DNA of 64,000 nucleotides from the NCBI GenBank assembly GCA_963775685.1, contig CAVZJV010000014.1, forward strand, positions 640,001 to 704,000, given 5' to 3'. The position numbers were made by a program, and so were the translations under genes. The stretch is from Candidatus Bathyarchaeota archaeon. GTDB lineage: Archaea; Thermoproteota; Bathyarchaeia; Bathyarchaeales; Bathycorpusculaceae. Below, piece by piece: positions 45,189 to 56,900 of this stretch. The notes under the pieces were generated by a model. The model saw nothing but the letters and a program-made list of their open reading frames with translations. It did not search any database and was not told the origin of the DNA. Every line of letters begins with the position of its first letter. The first letter of the stretch is position 1.

Positions 45189-46151
45189 ATGGGAAACATT
45201 ACAGTTGCCATCCTTGGCGCTATAGACTATGGAGGCAATCTTGGAAAAAAAGGAACAACCACAGACATAACCCTATACAACCTCAAAAAAGGTGAAGACA
45301 CGGTAACCTTCATCGAACCCACCCGTTATCCTGAACGGTTAGCGCCCCTGTTCTATGCCTGTGCTTTAGCGAAAGAAGCCGTCATCGTTGTAGACGAACT
45401 TAACGCTACTTTTGGTGAACAACTCGTGATGGTACAGTGCTCCGAAATAAAAAGCGGCTACATTGTTTTGCGGAATTACATTTCTAAAGAAAAAATTCAG
45501 CCCATAATCAAAGGCACCAACCTTGAAAACTTTGAATTCGTCGCCGACGACACAAACCAATTGCGCGAAAAACTATTAACCGATGCTGCCAAACAAAAAC
45601 CCACCCAAACGCTCCAAACAGTTGGAACCGTACCAGTAGATCACTCCTTTAACGTGAAAGGAGTTGGCGTAGTCGTCTTAGGCATAATTGCTTATGGTAC
45701 AATAAAGAAGCATGCCACATTGAATGTTTTGCCAGGCGCCAAAACTACCCAAATTCGTTCAATCCAAAAGCACGATGACGAATTTGACATTGCGGGTGAA
45801 GGCGATCGCGTGGGATTGGCATTGAAAAATGTTGAAGTTGAAGACCTTGACCGCGGCACAATTCTAACAAACGACCCCCTCATCAAAACCTCCACTAAGC
45901 TGCAGGCCCATGTGTCGCTGGTTAAGTATTGGCAAACCCCAATCAAACCGGGCATGGTAATGCACATTGGACATTGGACCCAATTCATTACAGCAAAAGT
46001 GGAAGCTTCAAGCGACTCCGGCGACCCCAAAAAACCAACCCTATCAATAACGTTAGATAAACCTCTCGCTTACCGCCCCAACGACACAGCCGTTTTGATG
46101 TATCTTGACAACGCAAAGCTGCGGGTAGCTGGAACATTTTGGCTTTCTTAA
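45189..46151 (+). CDS. SelB/EF-Tu-like protein with degenerate G domain
   Basis: KKGTTTDIT, VDHSFNVKGVGVVVLG, IRSIQKHD, GDRVGLALK; no GxxxxGKS/T. Confidence 0.85.
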   Translation: MGNITVAILGAIDYGGNLGKKGTTTDITLYNLKKGEDTVTFIEPTRYPERLAPLFYACALAKEAVIVVDELNATFGEQLVMVQCSEIKSGYIVLRNYISKEKIQPIIKGTNLENFEFVADDTNQLREKLLTDAAKQKPTQTLQTVGTVPVDHSFNVKGVGVVVLGIIAYGTIKKHATLNVLPGAKTTQIRSIQKHDDEFDIAGEGDRVGLALKNVEVEDLDRGTILTNDPLIKTSTKLQAHVSLVKYWQTPIKPGMVMHIGHWTQFITAKVEASSDSGDPKKPTLSITLDKPLAYRPNDTAVLMYLDNAKLRVAGTFWLS

Positions 46152-46466
46152 CCGAAAAAATTTTTATGGGTTAACGAAAGGTTTTCAATGGCTTTTTTAG
46201 CTCTTCTGATAAATCCAAGATTCAAAAGCAGGACAAATGGGTTATATCCAAACATCTACGGGGATGTTCGCCTCTTTTTACTTACGTAAAAATTTCCATC
46301 TTATTTTACATGCACAAATAGTACGAGACCAGAATAATAGTACTGACTGTAACTATTATTGTGTCGAAAAGCCAGCGGTTTTACCTGTTACTCGTCCAAA
46401 CTGCCCTCTAATCGTAAACAACGATGAAAGTAGCATTTAGGAAAATAATAAGTGCCTGTTTAATGT

Positions 46467-47567
46467 ATGATTATTCGTTGCTGTATGAATAAAACAGCAT
46501 TATCTTTAACATTCATCTTGGCCTTGTTTATCTCAGCGGCATTTATAGTTGGTACAGCAAATTCCGCGCTAACAAACACAATTCCAACAGGACCCATAGC
46601 GCCTTTGGTGATATCCATGGAGTCGCCTACGACCTCGACCTATGTCTCTTGGTTTGTGCCGCTCAAATTTTCTGTAGAAGGCAGTTGGGATGGGTTTGTG
46701 GACCATTGCTCTGTTGCATTCAGCATAGATGAAGGTTCACGGGTTGTTATTTATGATCCACCAATCCGAATTAATGAATTATCCAAGAACTTTACTTTAA
46801 CACTGGGACCTCTTTCAGAAGGCATGCATCACTTGCAAGTGTTTGCAACCGTCAGCGGTGTTTACCGGACTGACACAAACGCTCTTGCCACTAATGACTT
46901 TACCTCACAAACGTCAATCTACTTTATGGTTAACACTTTCGGCCAAGCCCAACTCTCGATCCTTTCGCCCCTAAAACAAACTTACAATACAAACAAAGAG
47001 ATCCCAGTTGAGTTTAATGTAAACAGAGCACCCTCAATCGTTAGCATGGGTTTCACTTTGGATGACCAATCAAACGTCACCATTCCAAGAAACACAACGT
47101 TATACGGACCAATATCCGATGGCATACACAAATTAAAAGTCTATGCGGTATATTCTGACGTTCTCCCTGTTTATTCAATTGTAAATTTCACCGTTGACAC
47201 AACCGCACCAAAAATTACAATTCTTTCATTACAAAATAAGGAAACGTACAATTCATCAGAGATACCTTTAGTTTTTAACGTAAATGAAACAACGTCGCTG
47301 ATTACCTATATCTTGGACGGAAAAGTGCATACAATTAGTGGAAACGAAACCTTGTCTATACTGCAAGATGGAGACCACAAGTTAACAATCTACGCGACAG
47401 ATAAAGCCAGCAACGCTGGAGCCTCAGAAACAATCGATTTTAACGTACAAGTACCCATTCCGTCCCAGATAGCCCTCGCAATCCTACCGCCCATGGCAAT
47501 CGTCCTAATTGGAGGCCTGAGTCTACTAATCCTTTTTGAGAAACAAAAACAGTCAACCCAAAACTAA
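46467..47567 (+). CDS. Cell-surface protein with Ig-like repeats and C-terminal TM
   Basis: Signal peptide; repeated EGMHHL / DGIHKL / DGDHKL; VDTTAPKI. Confidence 0.75.
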   Translation: MIIRCCMNKTALSLTFILALFISAAFIVGTANSALTNTIPTGPIAPLVISMESPTTSTYVSWFVPLKFSVEGSWDGFVDHCSVAFSIDEGSRVVIYDPPIRINELSKNFTLTLGPLSEGMHHLQVFATVSGVYRTDTNALATNDFTSQTSIYFMVNTFGQAQLSILSPLKQTYNTNKEIPVEFNVNRAPSIVSMGFTLDDQSNVTIPRNTTLYGPISDGIHKLKVYAVYSDVLPVYSIVNFTVDTTAPKITILSLQNKETYNSSEIPLVFNVNETTSLITYILDGKVHTISGNETLSILQDGDHKLTIYATDKASNAGASETIDFNVQVPIPSQIALAILPPMAIVLIGGLSLLILFEKQKQSTQN

Positions 47568-47770
47568 CACTGACAAACAATTTAATAAAGACAAAATTTA
47601 ACAAGTGACTTGGCTATTTCTGATACAAATAGAAAAAGTCAATAAATTTTTTTAACCCCCCCAAATACAATCTTTTGACCTAAGAGGACGGAAAAACCGT
47701 TTTAAGTATTCGGCTGCGTCAAAATTTTATCATAAAAATCTAGTTTGAATAAAGTAGCGAACTGTGGCCT

Positions 47771-50236
47771 TTATTTGCGTTTTAACATGTTTTCTAAGAA
47801 CGGCTTGAGCTTTGCGTTTTCTGCTTGGATTTTCTCTCTTCCTATCGCTTTCATGTCGGCGTCTATTTCCTTGATGACTTCGGCGTAATGTATACCTTCT
47901 GCAGCCGAGACGTACTCAACCCGGAATCGCTCAGGACTCATGCCGAGTTTTGTGAGCAAATTTTTGAGGGCATCTGTTCGGGCTTTCATCTTGTAATTTC
48001 CGCTGATATAGTGGCAATCATAGGGCAAATGACACGCGCCAAGAAGAACCATACCTGCTCCAAGCCGGAGCGCTTCGAGGACGAATTCTCTTGCAACTCG
48101 CCCACTGCACATTACTCGGATAGCTCTCACGCTGGCGGGGTAATCGCAGCGGCTAATGCCTGCAAGGTCTGCGCCTGCGTAACTGCACCAGTTGCAGAGG
48201 ATGGCAAGGATTTTTTCTTCCGGCTTATTTTCCAGCGCGGCACGGACTTGAGCCATTATTTGGGCATCAGTGAAATGCATCTGGGTTATTGCATGTTGTG
48301 GGCATTCAGCAACACATGTTCCGCAACCATGGCAACTAGCTGTGATTATTTGAGCAGGTAGACCTTTTTCTTGTCTGATAGCACCGTATGGACATTTATC
48401 AACACAAACTCCACATTTCTTGCATTTCGCTTCGTCAATGACGCTGATTATTGGTTCAATCTTCCACTTGGGTTTGCTGATAACTGTTGCCGCACGCGAT
48501 GCAGCGCCGCTGCCTTGTGAAACACTTGCTGGAATGTCCTTTAAGCCTACGCATGCGCCAGCGTAGAAGACTCCATCAGTTGGTGCATCCATAGGTTTGA
48601 GTTTGGGGTGGGCTTCCATAAAGAACCCGTCTGAGCCGCGTGAAAGGTTGAGTATACGTGCTACTTCTTCGGAACCCTTCTTAGGTATTGCTGCAGTGGC
48701 GAGGACAACCATGTCGGCGTCCACTTCAATGGGAGTTCCCAAAAGTGAATCCTCTGAGTGAACGGTCAGGTTGTGGGTTTTGGGGTCTTCATCGATCCGG
48801 CTCACGCGTCCGCGGATGAAGTTTACGCCTCGCTCACGTGCGCGGTCGTAGAATTCCTCATAGCCTTTGCCTGGGCTTCGTATGTCCATATAGAAGACAT
48901 AGACTTCTACATCTTCTTTGTACTTCTCCTTAAGCTGAACCACATGCTTAAGAGTGTACATGCAACCAAAGTTACAACAGTAAGGGTAGTGTGTTTTGTC
49001 TCGGCTACCGACGCATTGGATAAAGGCAATTCTGTGTGGTTTTTGACCATCGGATTGGCGGATGACTTTGCCAGCTGTGGGACCAGCTGCAAGAATTAAT
49101 CGTTCGAACTCCATGCTCGTGATAACGTTAGGGTACTTTCCATAGCCAAGTAACGGCATGTCATAGGGCAGGTAAACATCAAAGCCTGTAGAAACAATGA
49201 TTGCACCAACATCAAATTCAACTTCCTCAGCTTTCTGGTTGAAATCAATGGCTTGGCGTTCACCGCAGGCTTCCGTGCATTTGAAGCATTCAATGCAGTA
49301 ATCCCTGTTAATCGAGTAAATTAGAGGAACAGTCTGGTCAAATGGCACAGAAATCGCTTTACGCGTGCCAAGGTTCATATCCCATTCGTTGGGGTACTCA
49401 ATTGGGCAAGCATCTTTACATTCGCCACAACCCGTGCATTTGTCAGTTAGAACGTAACGTGGATTTTTGCGGATCTTCACTTTAAAGTTGCCTATGTAAC
49501 CGTCAACCTTAACCAGTTCCGAGTTTGCGAAGATTGTTATGTTCGGGTGACGAGCGCAATCCACCATTTTTGGTCCCTCAATGCAAATGCTACAATCCAA
49601 AGTGGGGAAGGTTTTGTCCAGCGCCGCCATGTGCCCTCCAATGCTTTGGGTGTTCTCAAGCATGTAGACCTTGTATCCCATTTCTGCCAGATCTAATGCT
49701 GCGTTCATGCCTGCGATCCCACCGCCGATGATAAGTGCTTTGTTGGTAACTGGAACCTCGATGGTTTGCAGGGGCTGCATCAATCGCACTTTTGCGACTG
49801 CCATGCGTACCGAGTCTTTTGCTCGTTCTGTTGCAGCACTAGGATCGCTTTGGTGGCACCAGGAGGCGAATTCACGGATGTTTGCCATTTCATAGAGGAA
49901 TGGGTTTAACCCTGCTTCGGAAACTGTGCGTCGGAAAGTGGGCTCATGCATTCTGGGTGAACATGCAGCTATGACTACGCGGTTTAGATTTTGCTCTTTT
50001 ATGGCTTTGCGGATTTCTGCTTGCCCAGGGTCGGCACAAGTGTAGCGGTTTTCCTTAACAAAAACTACGTTTGGAATTGTCCTTGCGTATTCAGCTACCG
50101 CTTTTACGTCTACAGTTCCTGCGATGTTTAATCCGCAGTGGCAGACGAAAACGCCAACTCGCAACTCTTCAGGTTGACAAGCGGGTTGGCAAGAGGCTAC
50201 TTCAGACTGTTGGGGTGTCGTTTGTGAATCGCTCAT
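47771..50236 (-). CDS. hdrA: Heterodisulfide reductase subunit A fused to C-terminal MvhD
   Basis: GVFVCHCGLNIAG, GGGIAG, KTFPTLDC, QCVGSRD, EAHPKL; C-terminal CNWCSYAGADLAG, RVMCSGR. Confidence 0.95.
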   Translation of the reverse strand: MSDSQTTPQQSEVASCQPACQPEELRVGVFVCHCGLNIAGTVDVKAVAEYARTIPNVVFVKENRYTCADPGQAEIRKAIKEQNLNRVVIAACSPRMHEPTFRRTVSEAGLNPFLYEMANIREFASWCHQSDPSAATERAKDSVRMAVAKVRLMQPLQTIEVPVTNKALIIGGGIAGMNAALDLAEMGYKVYMLENTQSIGGHMAALDKTFPTLDCSICIEGPKMVDCARHPNITIFANSELVKVDGYIGNFKVKIRKNPRYVLTDKCTGCGECKDACPIEYPNEWDMNLGTRKAISVPFDQTVPLIYSINRDYCIECFKCTEACGERQAIDFNQKAEEVEFDVGAIIVSTGFDVYLPYDMPLLGYGKYPNVITSMEFERLILAAGPTAGKVIRQSDGQKPHRIAFIQCVGSRDKTHYPYCCNFGCMYTLKHVVQLKEKYKEDVEVYVFYMDIRSPGKGYEEFYDRARERGVNFIRGRVSRIDEDPKTHNLTVHSEDSLLGTPIEVDADMVVLATAAIPKKGSEEVARILNLSRGSDGFFMEAHPKLKPMDAPTDGVFYAGACVGLKDIPASVSQGSGAASRAATVISKPKWKIEPIISVIDEAKCKKCGVCVDKCPYGAIRQEKGLPAQIITASCHGCGTCVAECPQHAITQMHFTDAQIMAQVRAALENKPEEKILAILCNWCSYAGADLAGISRCDYPASVRAIRVMCSGRVAREFVLEALRLGAGMVLLGACHLPYDCHYISGNYKMKARTDALKNLLTKLGMSPERFRVEYVSAAEGIHYAEVIKEIDADMKAIGREKIQAENAKLKPFLENMLKRK

Positions 50237-51180
50237 TAGGAATCCTCCGTTTTCAGAGATTCTAATTGAAATCGTTTTTCTACTACTTGACGTCTATTTT
50301 GGGCAGCTTGAGCTTTAAGTTCCTTGGCTGCGTCAGCTGAACTCGTTATTCGCTCTAAGGCTTTGTTCCATGTACCTGAATGGATTGGCGTGTGAACAAC
50401 TTTTGTACGTTTAACGCATAAGGCTTCATCTACCGGGCACACATTCTTGCATGCACCACAGTAAGTACAAAGCAAATCGTTAACGTGAACCTTCTTGTCG
50501 TCCCCCAACACGAGAGCCCCCTTAATGGGACAAACGTCTAGGCAATCTGTGCAGCCCTCAGGGCATTTTTCCTTGTTTATATTGGTTTTTCCTTCAAAGG
50601 CTTTTCTTACTGTTAGTGCCCCTGAACGGCATTTGTATTCACACACCTTGCAGGTTGGACAATAATCTTTCTGGATGTCAACGTTAATTTGGACACGTTC
50701 TTTCTCAGCTGGGGAAAGCTCTTGCATGTTTTCGACGGGTTTACCGTCAAAACCAACTTTTGAAATTTTTATTAGCGAGAGGGGACATGCACTTTCACAT
50801 TCGACACACTCTTTTTCACATTTATGGGTGTCAATCGTTACACCTCGAACAAGTTGGGGGTAGCTATCTTTTGCCAAAATGGATAGATCATGTTGATCGT
50901 TTAGGGTTACCTTGATTGCACCATAGGGACAGGTAACGTCACAGATGCCGCAAAAGTTACATTTTGCTAAGTCAATGTCCACCTTGGCTTTCTTTGCCTT
51001 TTCACCTGCAAGCTTGGGTTGTTTTTGTGTTTTTATGGCGTCTTTAGGGCAAGCCAACGAGCACACTTGACAGCCAACACAGCGATTTTTATCAAGAGAC
51101 AACTTGTAATCTTTAACCTGTAAATTCCATTCTAACGTTAAAGCGTCTGCCGCATCCTTTTTTATGGTTTTTAACGGCAT
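50236..51180 (-). CDS. Polyferredoxin (FwdF/MvhB-like)
   Basis: Six CxxCxxCxxxC-type clusters; operonic with hdrA. Confidence 0.88.
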   Translation of the reverse strand: MPLKTIKKDAADALTLEWNLQVKDYKLSLDKNRCVGCQVCSLACPKDAIKTQKQPKLAGEKAKKAKVDIDLAKCNFCGICDVTCPYGAIKVTLNDQHDLSILAKDSYPQLVRGVTIDTHKCEKECVECESACPLSLIKISKVGFDGKPVENMQELSPAEKERVQINVDIQKDYCPTCKVCEYKCRSGALTVRKAFEGKTNINKEKCPEGCTDCLDVCPIKGALVLGDDKKVHVNDLLCTYCGACKNVCPVDEALCVKRTKVVHTPIHSGTWNKALERITSSADAAKELKAQAAQNRRQVVEKRFQLESLKTEDS

Positions 51181-52246
51181 ATTTTACCACCAAGAGTATT
51201 CCTGATTACAGTACAGAATAGCACCACAGCTACATCTACTTGATCAGCTAGAATGTTGAATGATGTGCTTTTGATATAAATATTGCTTGAAAAAACCAAT
51301 GTTTCCAAGGAAAAGCGAGAAGACTCCCATGCCTATGCTTCTAACGTTGGTTAGATTCCAAGTTTATCGACTGGAAGGTTATTTTTTTTACATAGTTTTT
51401 TGTTTTCTTGCCGAGTAAGAAAAACATCTTTTACGATTCTGCGGTACGCACAAAGCACAATGCGAAATGCTTCATTAGTCACAACTGTAAATTGTTGAGC
51501 TGTGTATGTCTTAAAAGCAGCTCAAAAGAGGTTTAGACATAAGCTCACTTCCAAAGAATAATAACTTGCGAGAAGAAAGGGAATCTTTTAGATGTGAATG
51601 TTGTTTTGAGATTTGCTGGTTCTTAAGTTGAATATGATCCAGATACTATTGAACGCGGTTGCCCCACAAAGGAACAAAGAAAAAGACGTCGCAAAAGCCG
51701 TTCTTGAACAACAACGAAGCGAGACGCATCTGATTTCCCAGAATATACAAACAAACAGCCATGTTTGCAGAAAAAAGCCTCTTTAACCAAAGATCTTGTT
51801 TGCCCTTTTGTTTTTTTCATTGATTTTGCCTAGTTTTTTTCTATTATTGGGTGGTGGCTAGTTCACCATCACGAACCATGGCAAGCTGGAAATTTAGAAA
51901 CGCTACTTCGTCAGGACTTCCGCTAGTTTCTTTGTGTTTAAGGGATATATGCAGGAGCAAAGCCACGGCTGCCCAACACGCTTGCAAACCAATTTTGCTG
52001 ACAAGGACCATGAGTATTCTTTTAGGGGAGCAGAAGCTGAACCATCAACTCAAAAATAAAATATAGAAATTAGTAGAGCAGACTTAAAAATGGAGAAAAC
52101 TAAACCCAAAAACGCAGTAGATATCGAGCTGTTGTCGAGTTGTATTTTGTCAACTTTTGCAATCCGCCTGTTTGATGTATGGAAAAATATCCAAATATTA
52201 CAGAACAGCTGACCATATACAGAAGCATCCAAATCTTGATTCGGCT

Positions 52247-52621
52247 TTAAATGTAATATTCAGGTACAAGGTCAGGTTTAATGTCGCCTATCTTGCAGGT
52301 TGAACAGAGCTTACAGAAATCAAGCGTGATTTCGCCGGCATCAATCGCCTTGGTTACGAGTTTTTTTGCTGTTTCCTGTGCTATGTCTTGAATTTTTGGC
52401 AAAAAGTCCTCTACATGTTCAATGCCTTTGTAGGCGCGTTTTGAACTGAGGTATTGACTTATGGCAGCTTGGGTGGTACCGAGTTTTTTGGCTGCGGCGG
52501 TTTGGGAGAGACCATATTTTTGAACTAGTTCTTTGGCGACCAAGGAGCGGAAAATGGGCAAAACATATTTGCCGACTATTTCGCATTGTGGGTCCATGAA
52601 TATCAATTGCTTATAACGCAC
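52247..52621 (-). CDS. HTH transcriptional regulator
   Basis: PQCE...LSQTAAAKKLGTTQAAISQYLSSKR. Confidence 0.88.
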   Translation of the reverse strand: MRYKQLIFMDPQCEIVGKYVLPIFRSLVAKELVQKYGLSQTAAAKKLGTTQAAISQYLSSKRAYKGIEHVEDFLPKIQDIAQETAKKLVTKAIDAGEITLDFCKLCSTCKIGDIKPDLVPEYYI

Positions 52622-52835
52622 TTATACTAAATAAGATTTTCAGAGAAAAACATCATCATTTCCATAATTCAATCAAAAAACGAAAAAATCAAACCATATA
52701 CCCAACATACCCTTATTACCCAAGAAGGCCAAAATATTTTTTGGCATTTTTTCACAGACAAAAAACTTAACTAACCCAAAAACGATACTTTTGAATAGCA
52801 ACCTAATATACAATTCTCATTAACTTTTAAACGAG

Positions 52836-53567
52836 ATGGAACTATTGGAAAATAAAACTCAACCGCCAAAAGGTAACCCGCAAATAAAGATTCTAAAAAA
52901 CGGGCCTTACTTGGTTTCAACAAAGGTTCCTTTGTTTCCGATGACGATAAAATGCGATGGTCAATCCATTCCCATTGAATGGGTAATCGGTGACATACTG
53001 CAAACACCCGAGAACTATATTCTCTGCCGTTGTGGGCAATCTAGTACCAAACCGTTCTGTGACTCAACTCATCTAAAAGTGAACTTTGACGGGAAAGAAC
53101 AAAGTGATAATGAGCCTTTTGAGAAGATTGCAAAAGAGATTGATGGTCCAACGCTAAAGCTTAAAGATGCTGAGATATTGTGTGCTTCTGCGCGGTTTTG
53201 CCATAGGGGAGGAGACATTTGGCCGCAAATTCCCAAATCAGACTACCCCAAACTAAAGCAAAATGCCATCAGGAATGCCTGTGACTGCCCATCTGGTCGG
53301 CTTGTAATCACCGACAAAGAAACGGGCAAAACAGTTGAGCCGTCACTTGAGCGATCAATCGGGTTAATTGAAGACCCCGGCATGGGTATTAGTGGTCCAC
53401 TTTGGGTTAGAGGCGAGATCTCCATCTATTCTGCCGAGGGTCAGCTCTACGAAATTAGGAATCGAATTACGCTTTGCCGTTGTGGAAAATCAACCAATAA
53501 GCCGTTTTGTGATAGCAGCCATTATCCAGAAGAAGATCGAGAGGTGATTGGAAATGAGCAAAAATGA
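52836..53567 (+). CDS. CDGSH iron-sulfur domain protein
   Basis: Two LCRCGxSxxKPFCDSxH motifs flanking CASARFCH...CPSGRL. Confidence 0.92.
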   Translation: MELLENKTQPPKGNPQIKILKNGPYLVSTKVPLFPMTIKCDGQSIPIEWVIGDILQTPENYILCRCGQSSTKPFCDSTHLKVNFDGKEQSDNEPFEKIAKEIDGPTLKLKDAEILCASARFCHRGGDIWPQIPKSDYPKLKQNAIRNACDCPSGRLVITDKETGKTVEPSLERSIGLIEDPGMGISGPLWVRGEISIYSAEGQLYEIRNRITLCRCGKSTNKPFCDSSHYPEEDREVIGNEQK

Positions 53568-53889
53568 AAAACAGAAAACTAAATTTGCCAAAAGTAGTGT
53601 TGACGAAGCTTTTAAGTCTAGAGAGAAGGCGTTTGTTCTCTTCTATGCTTCTTGGTGTCCTTATTCGCAGCGGTTTCTGCCAGTTTTTGAAGAATACGCA
53701 AAAGACAATCCTGAGGAATGCGTAAGCATAATGATTGATGACAAACCCGACCTATGCGACAAATACGCTATAGACTATTACCCAACAGTGTTGCTATTTA
53801 AGAAAGGGGCAATTAAAAAAAGACTTGATGCCACTCCCGGGGTTGGGTTAACCCAAAAACAATTAAGAGAACTTACATCAAACCCTTAA
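53554..53889 (+). CDS. Thioredoxin-like protein (CxxS)
   Basis: FYASWCPYS, YYPTVLLFKKG. Confidence 0.85.
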   Translation: MSKNEKQKTKFAKSSVDEAFKSREKAFVLFYASWCPYSQRFLPVFEEYAKDNPEECVSIMIDDKPDLCDKYAIDYYPTVLLFKKGAIKKRLDATPGVGLTQKQLRELTSNP

Positions 53890-53943
53890 ATTCTTTTTCT
53901 ACTTTTTTGTGCTGCATGTGAAAGGCATTTTCTTTTTTCTTGT

Positions 53944-56900
53944 CTATTGTTTAGGCAGTAATTGCTGATATTCAGTGTTGACTTCCCCATGCTTATTTAG
54001 CAGTATTTTGTTTATTTTGCGCCATTCTTCACTTATGGTTGGCCACATTGGACCGCCGATGATACTTTTCTTGACGTATTCGTCAAGTGATTTTTCTCGT
54101 TTGATGGTTCGCTTATTCCAATCAACACTAATTAGTCCAGAGCGTCTTAGGTATTGAAGGTTGCGTGCCATCTGGTTGGAGTTAATTGGGTAGGTTATTG
54201 CGCTGTTTAGGTCGTCGGTCAAAGATTCGATGGTAAACTCGTCATCAACTCGGAGGCTCACAGTTGCAATCATATCTTGCATCAGTTTGGCAGTTTTAGT
54301 AACATAGTAGGTTCTCTTAGGTACCAGAATTTGTTCGATTCGGTAAGCATTTCGCTTATAGAACCAGTTCTTTACTATTTCTGCGAGGGCTAAGTATGAA
54401 GAAAGCAGAATAACTAAGGCTACATAAAATAGCGGTGGAGGTGCAACAAAACCGAAAACTTCACCCAGAGGTGTGAAAGGCAATGTCAGAGCGAAGACCA
54501 GGATTACTAGACTACTTATAGTTAAGTATTTGCTTGGTTTGCTCTTCCAAAAAGGTGCACGTCTAGTTCTGATTACGAAGACAACCAGTATCTGTGAGCA
54601 TAAGGATTCGATGAACCATGCAGTTTGGAATAAATGCTTATCATGGAGAGAGATTGTGGAGAGGGGAATTAACGGGATAAATACCAAGAGCATCATAAAG
54701 AAAGTCAGAAAATCAAAAAGAGAACTAACTGGACCTAAAGAAACCATGAACCTTCGGATGAACGCCAGGTCCCACCGTTTGGGACGTTCAACGTATTCGT
54801 CATCAACTTTATCCGTTGTGATAGTGGATTGAGACATGTCATAGAGGAGGTTGTTGAGGAGAATTTGGACTGGCAGCATAGGCAAAAAGCCAGGGGGAAG
54901 GAAAATTGACGCGCCAGCCACGCTAAACATGTTACCAAAGTTTGAACTGACTCCCAGCATTATATACTTCATAGTGTTGCCAAATGTTTTGCGTCCTTCC
55001 AAGACACCTTCCGCCAGCACGGTTAGGTCGTTTCTGGAGAGAATGATATCTGCGGATTCTCTTGCAACATCCACAGCGTTGTCGACTGATACGCCAACAT
55101 CACTGGTTTTCAGCGAGGGCGCGTCGTTAATACCATCACCCATGTACCCCACGACATGACCGTTCCTCTTTAGTAGGGTGATTATGCGGTCTTTTTGAAT
55201 TGGGTTAACTCGGCAGAAAACGTTTGATTCTTCAACAACTGCCGTTAACGCTTCATCAGACATATTAGCTATATCAGTTCCAAGAGCAACACCTTTCAAT
55301 TCAAAACCCAATTCATCGCAGACTTTCCGAGTAACTAGTTCGTTGTCGCCTGTGAGAACTTTAAGTTCAATTCCTGCCTTGCTAAGCATCTGCAGAGATT
55401 GTTTAGCTGTTTCTTTAGGCGGGTCCAGGAAAGCCACAAACCCCAAGAAAACCATGTCGTTTTCGTCGTTAATCGAGTAAACAGCTTTGTCCTCTTTGAG
55501 CCGCTTATAGGCAATTCCTAAAACTCTAAGACCTTCCGCACTGTAGTCATGATATTTCTGCTCAATTTTTTTGCGAGTTTCTTCACTAAGGTCCGCTACT
55601 ATCCTAGCTAACTCGTAGTAGGAGCACACTTTGAAAATTTCTTCCGGAGCTCCCTTAGCTATAAAGAACCTTTGCCCCTCGTTTTCAACAACCACAGAGA
55701 CGCGTCTTCTTATAAAATCGAAGGGCACCTCGTCGATTTTTTGGTATTTTGAAGTTTCAATTTCCTTGTGTTTTAGGATGGCTTCGTCAAGTGGACTTTT
55801 GAGTCCAGTTTGGAAGTTGCTGTTGAGGAAGGAGTAGAGGAAAACTTTTTCGTCTTCAGTGCCTTCCAAATCCACGTTTAAGATGAGTTTTATGCGGTTT
55901 TCCGTTAGGGTGCCTGTCTTGTCAGTGCAAAGTACATTCATGCTACCAAAGTTCTCAATTGACGCGAGCCTCTTCACGATGACCCCTTTTTTAGACATCG
56001 CCATGGCGCCCCGGGAAAGGTTAATCGTGATTATCATAGGCAAAAGCTCAGGTGTCAATCCTACTGCCAACGCAACCGCGAAAAGCAAGGCTGTCACGAC
56101 GCCATCAGTTGTAGGATTGCGCAACGAAATTATCAAGAAGACAAAGATAACCAACAGGAAAGTTACCTGCATGATGAGGAAGCCAAAGCTTCTGATACCC
56201 CGTTCAAACTCGGTTTCAGGTGCTTTCTCAATCAGTTTTTTGGCGATTTTGCCGTATTCTGTTGCGCTGCCTGTTTTAACGACTATTGCAGTTGCTGAGC
56301 CGCTCACTACTGAGGTGCCCATGAAACAGAAGTTGTTCCACTCAACAATCGAGCCTTCGTTACCTTTTACGGCGCCAGCGGTTTTCTCTACTGGAAACGA
56401 TTCGCCAGTTAAGGATGACTGGTTAACGAATAAATCTTTGGCGTTTACGACTCTTGAGTCTGCTGGGGCTATGTCGCCTGCTGAAAGATAAATTATGTCT
56501 CCGGGAACGATGTCGGGAAACTTTATTTCTTGTTTGACATGGTCCCTAAGTACTGTAGCTGTAGTGGTGACTTTTTGTTTAAGCAACTGGGCTGCTTTTT
56601 CAGCTTTGCTTTCCTGATAATAATCAAGTATGACGCTGATGAAAATAATGGTCAGGATAATTGCTGTGTTGGCAATTTGTCCAAGTATCCCCGAGATTGT
56701 GCCTGCAACTAAAAGAATGATTACCAAAGGGCTTTTGAAATGTAAGAGGAACTCTTTGATGGCGGAGTGTTTATGTTCACGAGCAAGTTCATTTCTACCG
56801 TAAACTTCAATGTGTTCGGCTGCCTGTTCTGAACTGAGTCCTTGTGGTGAAGACTTCAAGCGTGCCATGAGTTCCTCTATGGAAAGACTTACCATATCTT

